DNA of 63,288 nucleotides, the filler included, from Choristocarpus tenellus KU-1152 (taxonomy: Eukaryota > Protista > Phaeophyceae): assembly GCA_964200185.2 (NCBI GenBank). It is 10 parts of 10 records of this genome, joined end to end, with 100 filler letters (N's around TTAATTAATTAA, not from the genome) between each part and the next. Parts side by side here need not be neighbours in the genome. Positions count along the whole stretch, not along the records: positions 43,863 to 53,201 come from CAXNAD020003764.1; positions 53,302 to 55,991 come from CAXNAD020025626.1; positions 56,092 to 63,288 come from CAXNAD020006553.1; 7 more parts are not named here. One strand, given 5' to 3'. The notes under the pieces are model-generated. The model was given only the letters and a program-made list of their open reading frames with translations. It searched no databases and was not told where the DNA came from. Every line of letters starts with the position of its first letter. Position 1 is the first letter of the stretch. The translations under genes and the position numbers were made by a program. Shown here piece by piece: positions 50,791 to 63,288 of the stretch.

Positions 50791-53700
50791 AAGTAGTGCA
50801 GTGCTGTTCAAATATTTTACCATATTTATTGTCGCTTGATCTGGGGTAGCAATAGAGCCGTTTGTTCAAGCGTGTACTATAGTGGATGGGTACCCACCCA
50901 TTTTCAGACCTATCACTTGATATTTGAGATGCATAAGAACATCATATTTACAGTCGACGCCCAATGATGTTTGTATAGACATGCCTCATCGGGAGGGGAT
51001 CAACCACCACAACAGTAACATGTATCACAAATCCCTTCACTGGATTTGTGTGGAGTTCAAGGCTTGCCAACGGCTTAGTTGCTTCAACCAAATAGTCACT
51101 ACAACAATTGTACCACGAGTCAATCATCATTCTTGCACCCTCCGTGCTCTATCTCCTTGCAAATGGTAAGTTGGTGGCACAGAGGGACAGAACGAGAGTC
51201 TTGCAGGCACTGCTAATCCATCCACGACCTTTTGGTATAACTATCTTAAATCTCTGCACTAACAATCCTCTAACTTCTTCAGTAGACAACAGTCAACCGA
51301 TCAATGGAATCGCAATTGATGTGGGGGTACACAACAAGCAGAGTGAGACAGGGAATGAACTCAAGTCATCCTGAGCGCGTAAACAGAACACCTACCCAAT
51401 CATAGTAACAATGACAACAATAACAGATACATGTAACAGACAAAAACAACAGGAATTGGATCCAAAGCATTTAAAAGGGTAGGAGTTTTGCCCTGTTTGT
51501 CCATTCGGGGCTTGGCTTCCCACAGGAGTTTCTTGCCCTTTTTCGGTTTAGTTACCTAAAATGTATTCAACTATGAAAGATGTGTCCGGAGCAAGGATAT
51601 TGACACTTGCTAACAAACATGATAGCCAAGATTCACCAAAATCGAATCATTGGATTTTTTTACCCAAACTGACTCGACCCTGCCTTCTTAAAGTGCTTTG
51701 AGTCATCGACAAAAAAAGATACACAACTCTTGAAAAGGTACACCAACATCACTCAAGCGGGAACAAACAAGGGCAACACGATCCTTTATCTTGTATTACT
51801 CAGAAGAAGCATTAATCCAAAAATAGGCTGTGACTTGCACACCTGACAATAAGAGAGTTGCCTGGGAGTTCAACACTTCAAAACTCAGTCCCATTCGTTC
51901 ACTGAAATCAACTCCAACCTGCCATGATGACACTCCTATCCAAATGGTAATATATACCGAGGTATGTACCTCTAGTACATACACTCGTATGACATCACAA
52001 CAAAGTATTTCAGTCAGGTATCCCCATCAGCACAACTACAAGAGACTACTTGTTTCAAAGAAACCTCTTCATTTCAAACACTTGAGGCTCAAAGTATCTG
52101 GGTGGTGGTGGCGGCGGCGGCGGCTGTCCATTTGGGGTCAATTTTTTCATGTCGAGTTTTTTGGGGGTAATTTGTTTACGTATGTCTGATCAATATGATG
52201 TAAATGCACTTTTCCTGATTTTGCCACAAAATGGACACCCTGGTGTAGACCCTCCCCCCCCCCCAGACACTTTTGGTCTTGACCATCAGTTCCTGCAACC
52301 AACACCAACGATCAGAGCTTTGTAAATATAGTACAGCACCTATCCTGGAAGCCTCAAGGCAAACAATCAAATCCATTATCCATAGTGGATACATGTCCAT
52401 GCCAAACATATCGAACTTGCAAAAGCATCACTATGCACAAGAATCAACACAACACTCCACACCAACTAGTACATGTGCAATTATCAATCAACCGACCTAC
52501 TTCAATAGGGCAGACTGCTGCTACAATACCTGGTACACAAGGTTGGGTGGAAAGTATGCTCGCGTCCACCACTCTCAAATTCTGTGTCAACACACTACAC
52601 AGCAAAACACAAAAGAGTACCACCGCACACCAAGCACTATAAAAACCAAACCGTACACTTGCACTGCATTATGCTGCATTGTTAACAGAAGACAAACCGA
52701 CTGTGAGCCATCACTCACATCTTAGACTACTACACACATCTTAGACTACTACACACATCTTAGACCACTACACACACCATCAATAACACTTCAAGAACTA
52801 ACAAGGAGATCACTGCACAAAAAATAATAATGCCAAACAAATCAGATACACACACACAAAAGGACAAAACCCTGCACAATCTATTTTTTTAAAGAAAAAA
52901 ATTTATTCCCACAGCATTGCCAAATTAAAAAAAAAAAGGTCAGAGCTGGGATCAAGTCCCTATAACCACACCCTCAAACGAACTCATCAGGTTTTCCACA
53001 CCCTGCTTGGTCAAGCCAGTGTACCTCACATTGACACGCTTTATCGCCTTCCACTGTCAGATAGAGGTACAAAAAAGAAAATGAAAAAAACAATAATGAA
53101 CAAAACCAGGAAGGCAACATGGCAGTTGTGAGAGGACAGGGCGGGGGGGGGGAGGGGAAAAGTACACAGAGGAGGATTAGTAGAGAGGAGGATTAGTTGT
53201 GNNNNNNNNNNNNNNNNNNNNNNNNNNNNNNNNNNNNNNNNNNNNTTAATTAATTAANNNNNNNNNNNNNNNNNNNNNNNNNNNNNNNNNNNNNNNNNNN
53301 NCCGTAGAAAGTTAAAATTAACATGTTCATGCAGTTTCCATCCGATGGTTTATGGATTCCACGGTGGTATCGGATACATGCGGACTAGTCAGAGGTGTCA
53401 GTGCATCATGTATGATACTCATCTTGAGGGTTAGACTTATGTTGTTATTTTTTTAACGAAATGTGTCCAATCCAAGGTTCAGACTGCTAAGAAATATATC
53501 ATATTTTATAACCAACTCTTCTCATTCTTTGCGGCTAAGTTTCCAAACACGTTGCTAAGGTCTGCATTAGACACCTTATCTTCTTACCAGGCGTTAATTA
53601 TTCTCTTAACCCTACCTAGCTCCCCTCTTGTTCTCATTATTCCATGCACCATCTCATGCTTTGCCCAAGTGTCGACAAACGAGGGTCGATTTTGTCTTCC

Positions 53701-54049
53701 TTTAAATCTTCAAAGAACGTTCCCCGAAGTCCACGTCCGATACTCCAAACCACACCACTAACCCTGAGCCTACAACATACACGTACCATGAACTCGACTA
53801 ATCGCCTGAACTGCCACCCCCGGACAATAACACTAACCATAACCCTTACACTGACCCTTACACTGAGCACATCTGCATCCCATGGCAACCAAAAATCGCC
53901 ATGCGTCATACCCAGATTCCGTACAAGTGCCATGGTCGACCTTCCTCACCCTAACCTAACCCTAACTCATCAGGATTTAAAAAACCCACTAAACCAACCC
54001 CCGAACCAAGGACGTATATTTTTTACATTCTTCACGCGAAACATAAGAC

Positions 54050-54960
54050 AATAGACCCTGACCCAACGCCCTGTTTGAACATATTGAAAATCCGACACAT
54101 GCTGTCATAGAAACACTACACTAACCCGAAAACAAAGGATGGCATATTTTCCCTTTCTTCATGTCAACGCTGGGACAACAGACCCTAACCGACAGCCTGT
54201 TTGTGTACATATCAAATCCGACTCATGCAACCAAAGAAACAATAGACTAACCTATAACAAACATGGCTTATTTTATCATCCTTCCTGCGAACCCTAGGAC
54301 AACAGACCCTAATGACAGCCCTGTTTATACAAAATCCGACATGCATGCAAGCATATAAACGACAAACTAACCTGAAAACAGGTCATGTCATATTTTTTCA
54401 TTCCCCATGCAAGCACTGAGACAAAATACCCTACAACCGACAGCCCTTGTTGTGTACATACCAAATCCGATTCATGCAAGCAAATAAACGAAAAAATAAC
54501 CTCAAAACAGCCCATGATACGTATTTTTTATTTGTCATGCAAACACTGCGACTTAATCGACAGCCCTCTTTATGTACATACCAAATCCGACTCATGCAAC
54601 CAAAGAAACACTGTACTAACCAAAAAACAAGCCCAAAAACAATGGTCTGTTTTACCATTCTTCCTGCTAGCTCTGGGATAACAGACCCTAACCAACAGCC
54701 TTCTTTGTGTACATACCACATCCCACTCAAACAACCAAACAAACATGACTCTAACCCCAAAACAAACCATGGCATATTTTTCATTCTTCGTGCGAACTAT
54801 GGGACCAACATACCCCAACCAATAACTTTGTTTAAACGCATTCAAAATCCGACACATGCAATCGTCGAAACTCCAAACCACCAACCCCCCAAGAAATGGT
54901 GGCATGTTTTCCCATTCTTCGTGCATACGCCAGGACAGAACGGACCCTAACTAACAACAT
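54050..54960. repeat. Diverged ~125-bp tandem array (about 7 copies) ending near a family-B-like TIR at 55071
   Basis: aaatccgac(t/a)catgc recurs at ~54089, 54214, 54332, 54463, 54583, 54719 and 54845. Confidence 0.8.
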
Positions 54961-55507
54961 TCGTTTTCCCCAGATTGGAAAGCCGACACGTGTTACCAAA
55001 TCATACCGAAATGGGAAAATCGAAAAAGGGTCAAAAACGGACGCCGGCACCCCCCCCAGATACTTTAAGCCGTTTGACATTAATACGCCTATTGATTATC
55101 AAAAGTTCTCCAGTGTATAAGGTAAGAAGACTAGTGCCATCGTGTGGAGGATTGCGTTTGTATACATGTGAAACTAAGGCATTGATTACTAAGCTCTGTG
55201 CAGCATGTAATTGTTTCTGTGAGGTACGAGGGGGGGTGATTTTTAGGGAGAGCTACCTTGCTAGTACACTCCATTCTCGGTCCCTCACACACTCTATGGG
55301 AAACAGAGGATGTAATATTGGTCTGGTCTCTGGAATATCCAGAACAAGCTGTAGAGCGTAATATTTCTGTCCTGTATGTTTTTCCATCTGTCTTTATGAA
55401 GGAGCAGCTTCACCTTGGAATTACTCCATGGTTGATTACTCAAGAGTAAAGATGTGACCATCGAAATATGTCGAACTACAAAGTACTGAGTACTCCATAG
55501 TAGGATA

Positions 55508-56418
55508 CAGTACCTACCCCTATTTTTGGCCAAATGTTATGAACCAAATCGAAAAATATGCAATCTTGTACCGCTTTTTTCGACATGCTCAAAAATATAG
55601 GCCTTTGTACCGGAATTCTCGTATTCGGGCGATTTGGCACAAAATACTAGATATATTCACGCGAGATTGGCGCGCGCAAAAACATTCTCGCGAAAAGTGC
55701 CTTTCTTGAGTCATGCTACGATACAGCAGTACAGTACATTGCTGGTAGGGGATAAAGTGGAAGCCATGCCTTGTGCCGAAGGAAACCCCTGCAAGATTCC
55801 TTCAAACACACCGGGTCCGCCTCTCTACACAATCCACAAGTGCCTTAAGTGCGGTGGGTACCTTCATGGTATATGTGGGGTGGTGTAAAGGATCCCGAAC
55901 TCAACGATGACTGCAAACATTTGTGTGAGGTGCAGTAGTGCTTGAGAATGGGTACATTGAGGTTGACGCAGGGCCACCAGCCGCATGTACTNNNNNNNNN
56001 NNNNNNNNNNNNNNNNNNNNNNNNNNNNNNNNNNNTTAATTAATTAANNNNNNNNNNNNNNNNNNNNNNNNNNNNNNNNNNNNNNNNNNNNGATTGTGTA
56101 GAAAGGCGAACCCGGTGTATTTGAAGGCATCTTGCAGAGGTTTCCCGCTGGACAAGGCATGGCTTCCACTTTCTTCCCCTACCAGTAACGTACTGTACTG
56201 CTGTGTGGTCACGACTCAGGAAGAAAGGCACTTTTCGCGAGAAATGTTTACGCGCGCGCCAAACTCGCGTGAATATCTCCCCGATTTTGTGCCAAATCGC
56301 ATGAATACGAGAATTCCGGTACAAACTCCTATTTTTGAGCATGTCGAAAAAAGCAGTACAAAATTGCATATTTTCGATTTGGTTCATAATAGTTGGCATA
56401 AAATCGGGGTAGGTACTG
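55508..56418. mobile_element. Long inverted repeats (>330 bp) with CAGT termini and TA flanks, Tc1/pogo-like, on either side of a contig gap
   Basis: 55508-~55835 is the reverse complement of ~56094-56418; flanks are ta|CAGTACC and GGTACTG|ta. Contains a Cys/His ORF start (HKCLKCGGYLHGICG). Confidence 0.7.
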
Positions 56419-58365
56419 TATCTCATAAAATGTCCTTACTCGTTGTTAAAGATAAGCAAATATTTCTGTTTTCTTTTCGGAAGAAGTTCTATTTCCAATT
56501 CTAAGTTGGGGGAAGAGGGAAATGTCCAAGAATGGTTGATGGTCAATGAATATAGATAGGTCTTATGTCATTCAAAATCCTGATCTGGATTATTTCATCG
56601 AATCATATATCGAAGTATTACAATAAAGAGCGAGAGAATTTAATCAAGTCAAATCGAATTTTATCGCTTAATTGATCAACATCAAAACGCATACCCTTGG
56701 GAAAAGTCAAATTTGCAGTTTGGATTGAGAAATATATATCCCAGAACAATGATCACACAGAACAATAAAATGATACATATGGAGAGTTGGAAGTACCAGT
56801 GATGTTCGAAGCGAAAGTTCGTACAAGTATAGACTACAAAGTACTCATTTATCCGATCTGTGACATCTATTTACTGTTGTGTGACTGCATTTTTAAAGTA
56901 CCTTCGAAGCAAATACTGCACAATGATTAGAATTACCAACCGCATCAACTGATAAAAACTGAGAAATCAAATATTTACAAGTAGGGAAAAATTGAATTAA
57001 GAAAATGAGAAGTACATATAGAGAGAAGAGAGAAAGAGAGAGAGTCCAGTTCATAATCTGTATTGGATCCTGTTAGAGTACCATATCGGTTCCACGAGAG
57101 GTAGAACAACATCAACAGTCCTACAAGGTCCAAATTGGTAGTGGTTTCCCCAAACTGACAATGAATACTAGTCTGTCCTATTACTTTCACTTCAAGTATA
57201 TATTATGAAGGAGTCAGAGATCATTCCTTAACTAGTGAAAGTTCCTGAACGGCAAAAGTAGCAACGGATCTCATTTTGTGTGGAGGGTGACACTATGTGT
57301 GTTCTGTACCATCTCTAGTCAAGAAAGTATTCTTGCTTGCTGCCTTGACCCTTCTTCGATCTTGGTGAGAGAACCAGGGACATAAACAGGCCACTGGCTC
57401 TCCAAAGGGGTCCTGGTGCCACATTCTAGGGCAAACAGGAGGCAGCTGAGGGATGGAGAAAATTGCCTTGTTGTCATGCTTGGTGGACTGCACCCGTTGG
57501 GATTTGGTCAATGGTGCTGGTGGCACAGCAGGGAAAGGTGGCAATAAGTCGTCTCCAAGAGGGGGCTTGGGTTATGAATCCAGAACGCGACCTACCAGAT
57601 CTAGAATATCAACGATTAAGGTGTGGGACTTTTTTCCCGTTCAGTATTGTCTCCTCTGTCTCTTCACTTTTTGAAACTCCACCTCACGCAATGTTTAAAT
57701 CCTTACAATTGATATGACCTCTTGAATTTGCTACAATTCGATACTGTATCATTCAACATGAACACTGGCAGGAATCGGATAGGGGATGGGAGTCTGAACC
57801 AGAGATGGGCTTAGTTCTGTCATCTCCAGATGCCTCCGATAGCGAAGAAGACAACCCCATGCCGTTCCATGGCACTCTAAGGTCCCAGCGCCGATCCTTG
57901 AATGGCGCCAAAGTTAATTCTCGCAGCGTGAGTGTGGCATTTCCCCTCTTTTCTTCATGGGCATCAGACGCTTTGTCTCTGGGATTTTGCCATGCTGGCT
58001 AGGTCGCAGTCAACATAGACGATACAGGAAGCCACCTACCCCTTTCTATTTCAACCTTCGTTCAGGTTCGAGTTTCCTGTTCCCTACTATACCTGAATTG
58101 GCAAATCAATTTTTTCCCAGTTGCAAATCACATCAATAGCAACCGACCAAGAAGAATATCGCCATGACCATAGTTCCAACCCTCAATTGGTATCTCGAAC
58201 CCTTTGCGTAATACCTTCACATTGGTCTGAGCGTTCCCAGATCTGTGTTGAAGGATAGCGCAGCGGCGAAGCAATATGGATACACAATGTCATTTTATAT
58301 CTTGATACCTTCCCTATCCGTATCACCCGTTTCATCCCCAGCGAGCACCCAAATCAGTCAGTGGA

Positions 58366-60032
58366 ATGCAGCCCTTTGGCAAGGGTAGAGAGAGAAGCAA
58401 AGATGAAGAATCGAGGGAGGTTGCGGGTGGTGATGGAGGTTCCCCTTCTACACTAAAGGGGATTAAAGGGGTTGGAGGCGGCGACCCTGTCAGTCCAGAC
58501 ATTGTCACGGGAAGGACCGTAGACCCCTCGCCCTCATTGTCTTCTGACCGAGAGTATCCTGTGGCGGCTGCTGCTCAGGGCTCATCAGGAGCTGAGAATC
58601 CGCGATCTCCAGGACAAAGGTTAATGCGGAGCATGTGAGATTGGTTATCACTACTCATTTTTTTTTTTGTCAAGTTGAGTGCACATGGTTATAAACCAGC
58701 CAAGCCATGCTAAAACAGAATAACATTTGACAGTTACGTGGGGAATGCCGTTTCTATATTCTTTACAATAATTTTTTCGGTGGACTCATGCGGGGAGGGA
58801 TGGAGGAAATGGTGGGGAGGAAGGGGTTGTGATGGCCGTCTCTGCCTCCCAACATTGTTGTCTTCAAGAGAATATGATAACTGCAGAAGAGAACTGATGT
58901 TGACGTATTTCCCACTGATTTTGGGGGCGGCAACAAGTCTTGAAATTGTTTTCGTTGCGATTCAGTATTGGTGCCAAGAAGCATCATCTATTGGGTTGAC
59001 ACATGCTTTCAAGTTCCGTATGCACACATGGGTTATGTTCTATGTGTCCATCTATTGCGTTAAACAGGTACAAGCCGCCCTTGAAATTGATTTTGTTGCG
59101 ATTCAGTAATGTTGCCAAGAAGCACCTTCTATTGGGTTCACATGCGCTTTCAAGTTCTGTATGCACACATGGGTTATGTTCTATGGGTCCATCTTTGTGT
59201 TAAACAGCTACAAGTCACTCTGGGACTTCACTTGTTTTCAACTTAGATGCCCTGCCGCCTCCACCTTGCCCCCCAGCCGCCTAGCCACCTCTTTCTTCTC
59301 ATTAGTGAAGACCTAAAGTCTTACTCAAAAGTTCTTTTTCGCTTATTTCGTCAATAACCTGTCCCACCCCTCCCATCGTCTATCACCACTGTCTTTGCTC
59401 ACTGCTTTCGTTTGGAACTGCAATGCTCTTCCCCAAGGCCCCCACCCCACATCAATTCCACTTCTCACTGCGATGTGTTGTGCCAAATGTGCTGCCCCCG
59501 AAGGCCTTTGCCCCCACTCAGCAGCAGAAGTATGAGTGCGGCAAGCCCACGGGGGCGGGACGATTCAAACCTTGCCCGAACTGGGAGGAGCTTGAGCGTA
59601 GGAGTTACCGAAGTGGGGGGTAGCAATGCGAGAGGGGAAGCAATGGGCGTGTCGGTGCCTGTTACTGCAAAAGAGGCTGAGAATTGGCGCAGTGGGGGTG
59701 GTGCTCCTTATCGTTCTGCATCCTGGTTGGTAGCCCAGTTGGCGGAATCCAAGTCGGATGAGTGCTTGGGTGAGGAGGAGCAGGGGCAGGAGCAGGGGCA
59801 GGGGCAGGGGCAGGAGCAGCAACAGGAGAAGCAGCAGAAGGAGAAGAAGCAGAAGGAGAAGGAGCAGGAGCAGGAGCAGGAGCAGGAGAAGGAGCAGGAG
59901 CAGCCAGTGGCAGGAAAGGGGAATAATGTGTTGGGGGAGGGGCGAGGAGGTGAAAAAGCTCTTCGTTTGGATATGGGTGGGGGGAATGATGCTACAGTGG
60001 ATGAAGTGGTATGCCCTACCAGGAGAAGGTGA
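58366..60032 (+). CDS. Putative low-complexity protein of unknown function (exons 58366-58619 and 59522-~60028/60032)
   Basis: Two GC-richer ORFs with phase-compatible (phase 2) donor ag|gttaat and acceptor ctcag|c. Contains an EQ/EK repeat tract; no recognisable domain. Confidence 0.35.
58935..59217. repeat. Tandem duplication of ~140 bp
   Basis: Two copies of cttgaaattg...gccaagaagca...gtatgcacacatgggttatgttctatg...gttaaacag.tacaag. Confidence 0.8.
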
Positions 60033-60899
60033 TAGGCATGAATGTGCTATGGGAGGGATAACAGGGTGGATCGAGTCTTCATCGTTTTGTTGATGCTTCT
60101 GCTTGATGATAGTGCAAGGGTTTTTGGGGTTTGTATTTTTTAGAGGGTTTGTCTGTGGAGCTGGATTGGCACTGAATAACGTACAGGTTTGAAGAAATGA
60201 TGTTAGATCATGGTTGAGACCTTCAGAGTTTTGCATTCATTTTGTTGTGATTGTTTACACTGTGTGGTCTGCTCAGGATTTGCTAAACCTCATGTGCTGC
60301 ACACAGAGCTTTGATTCAACCAAGTGCATCAAAAGCTTTCAGTCGATTAAGTTGCGCTCGCAGATCCTCTTGATCCACAACTCTGCCCTAGCGAACTGAG
60401 TATGTATAGATGATGTGTGTTGTACCCCTCCAAACTAAACTGTGGAGAGTGCTGTATACACAGTGCCCAGTATGACCAAATACCGCCTATGGTGCTTAAG
60501 AAAAAGAAAGACACTATCTGCTGAGTATTTTACATGTGTTATTAATATTGTAGTATTAATATTGTAGTATGGTACTGTATGGTGGATACAGGTAATATAC
60601 CCTTTGAAAGTAACGAGCATATGCCTCTGTGTTTTTTGTTTGTTTGGAACTACCATCAATTAATTGATGGTGGGAGCATTCTCGTCCCGTTGCACTCTCA
60701 AGTAGTGAACCTTATCGTGATTTACTACATGCAGTGGTAATTTGTTAGAAATTGACTTGAAAAAAATTAGGTCCTTGTGTGTTTCCCTTTGAAGTTCCAA
60801 TGTTGATGCGGTTCGAGAACAGATTCTAAAAAATATATTTTTTGTGAGATCGATGTGAGACTCTCCATCGAAAGGGTTGGACCCATTCAGTGGGGCTTG

Positions 60900-62450
60900 G
60901 TTTTTTCCTATGATAAGATAATTGAACAGGATTGACGTTGATTCACACCTACACCCAATATCTCGGTGGTATGTTGGTTTATCTTGTCTATGAATGATAC
61001 GTGGCTTCTTTTTTGTTTGTCTGTGTGTGTGGGGTATGCACCTCATAGAGTGGAGCAAATGTTGTTCAACGTAGTTTTCAAGCAAGAAAGCCTTTGTACT
61101 CATGGAACACCCCTCCTCCCGCAAGCCTGCAACAGCCATGTCTGAAACAGGTTTGGAGATTGCTTGTTGGTCTAAGGTCAAGCCTCGTAGCTATATATGG
61201 ATACGCCAAAGTTCACCTTGTATAGTTCCATTGACCTACCGCCTCAGTTTCTTCAATAATCTGATCAGAAGAGCAATAATCTGATCAGAAGAGCACTCTT
61301 GTTTCCCGGTCTTTTTGGTGTTTTTGCAAACCATGCTCTCCTCTATTTCAAGCGATGGTATGTATCAGTATGTGTGATGGTGTGCTCAGGAGCAGGTGAA
61401 ACTTGTACTCAACTGGATGATGTATCTACCGAACTGAACGAATTCCCACCCGAGGAATGAAGGGTAGTTGTGCAGTCATTTTATTCAGTAACTGTCACTC
61501 AGTGAAGATAATGTAGTCCAGGGAAGAGTTCATGTATGCATCTGACATCAACACTGAAGTGTTTCGGCTTAGTTGCCATGCTTACCCGTGTGTAATGTTC
61601 CTCTCTGTTTGCTGTCCTCAGAGATTAGGGATGTTTGTATCATGAACCGTTGTTTTGGTGTTGATCAGGAGCCATCTGCTCTTCCTCACGGAAATCTTGT
61701 AGGCTGCATGGCGAGATCCGGAAGGGTGGGAGCTGTTGTAGCACTATGGGCATGAGAGGCACAGAAGCAATTCCCTTAGACTCTTGACACGCTGTGCATG
61801 CGACAAGATCAGAGCATGGTCCTGAGTATACACACCAGGGCATAATCACTTAGTACTAGGATGGAAATGCCTCTGGTCTTGACAGGGTGAGTGAAGTACA
61901 AGGTCAGATTTTGGTCTCGTTATGTACCAGGCAGGGGCACAAACATCACGTGCCAGCTCGTACAAGATGCCTCTGAACTCTGGACCAACTAACTGTCTGT
62001 GCAAGGTGTAAGACCAGACTGTGGCGCACATGTTGGACCGCGGTACCAATACCACGTCACAAGGGATACAACATCTCGTATCCTCATGGAACCTCTTGAA
62101 ACTTGGCAATTTGTACACATCACAATATCAGACTGTGGTTGTAGCCTATCTCTGTTAAATTCTGTATTTGGGTTACAAACTACCAACCACTTGTACGACT
62201 AATGCCGTAATCTGTCCACATGCATCCAACTTGGTAAGTCCTTGTCATGCCCTCTGTTAGGATGTAGTGTCTGTATATTTGCCCCATGTGCTGTCGGCAC
62301 GGGGACACCTTGGGGTAATCCCGAGGTTTTCGTATGTAGTCACAGTCGGAAATGGAATCGGGAAAATGCTAGTAAAATTCCCAGAAGAGTTGACTTTTTG
62401 GTGTTGAGCGGTATTTGAGCTGGTGGAATATTTTGTTGTGTTGACTTGTA
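60900..62450 (-). mobile_element. Ty3/Gypsy integrase relic
   Basis: RQLVGPEFRGILYELARD (cf. QLVVP..R..IL..AHD) followed by VACTACQESK (C-x2-C-Q-x2-K zinc finger); many stops. Confidence 0.4.
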
Positions 62451-63288
62451 TGTAAGCTCCTGCGATGTGAATCATTGCAAAAAACTCCTCATGTATCTTC
62501 TCTTTTCAAGAAAAAAACGGGTCAAATGTGGTGGGCTTTGTAGATTGGAATAGTATCTATATAGTTAAATCAGTGGGATGTGGGTGTTTCTGTTATTATT
62601 TGGTTGGTGTCGATTGGTATTCTGAAGCGTTGTTTTCATGCCTAGATCAGCTGGGGTGGGCCCCTCCTCCCTAAGAATCAGTTGTGACGAATTAAGAAAA
62701 GGAGATATTAATGATAAGATCAGTGTATTTGCTGTTTGTGGTGATGTGATAAGAGTTTGAAGGTAAGTGCTTGTTTGAAGAATGAGTTGAAAGGTTCCAA
62801 CGGTTACGGCAGTTAAAACAGTTATGACAGTTATGACAGTTGAATTAGTGGGGTGTATGTACATGTAGCACGCAGTACATTGGTCAGTTGGTACATGAGT
62901 GGTATGATTGGGACATGTGAAGGGTAGGGTATCGATAGGAATCGCTGAGAAGCAAGACAAGCACATAGGCAACATAGTCTAATTTGTTGCGGAGTGACGC
63001 AGAGCTCTGAATCAAAGCATTGAAGAGGGTAGGACTGTGTCTGTTTGGGGTCCAAAATCCAATGTTGTGATTTTGGTGTAATTTTGGCTATTGAGTTTGT
63101 TAGCAAGTGTCAATATCCTTGCTCTGGACACACCTTTCACACAGAGAACTGAAAAAGGGCTTAAAAAAACTGTAGGAAGTCAAGCTCCAAACGGACAAAT
63201 AGGGCAAAATTCCTACCCTCTTAAATGCTTTGGGTTTCATGACACGCTGGGGGGGGGGTGGGGGGGGGAAAAGTGGACTAGGGGTTTG

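Noticed and set aside
5189-56091. Recurrent TTAATTAATTAA palindrome inside N runs
   Set aside because: Assembly linker, not biology. It also means cross-gap gene neighbourhoods cannot be read as a cluster.
56750-56810. NDTYGELEVP resembling a fumarase N-terminus
   Set aside because: Only about ten residues, with no continuation.
57200-58300. Possible gag-like relic (CYFCR knuckle)
   Set aside because: Incomplete CCHC motif and no supporting pol motifs.
59565-60236. 223-aa poly-Leu ORF and the overlapping RS-rich ORF
   Set aside because: Antisense and alternate-frame shadows of the GAGCAG repeat.

Overview
Eukaryotic nuclear DNA, most likely a brown alga or related photosynthetic stramenopile (inferred from long microsatellite-rich spliceosomal introns, scattered TTAGGG repeats and gene content). 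It is a concatenation of ten contigs joined by N50-TTAATTAATTAA-N50 linkers, so gene order across gaps is not meaningful. Host genes: NOG2 (5' part, 7 exons), a COX6C/Cox9-like microprotein, a complete 10-exon larC nickel-pincer-cofactor insertase (523 aa, His-rich linker) head-to-head with tRNA-Asp(GTC), a GT10 fucosyltransferase exon, SNIP1-like FHA protein (3' exons), and an ALKBH8-like gene head-to-head with an intronless SAM-domain ZBBX-like gene. Foreign or selfish DNA: a decayed Rickettsiaceae-type parC, two probable bunya-like RNA-virus L-polymerase fossils, a Sola2-like transposase with three related MITE families (two with 4-bp TSDs), a DD39D-like mariner, and Copia, Gypsy and CRE-like retroelement relics. 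The strongest candidates for new biology are the intron-rich eukaryotic LarC and the endosymbiont plus RNA-virus fossils. All homology calls are motif recognition from memory; no searches were run.
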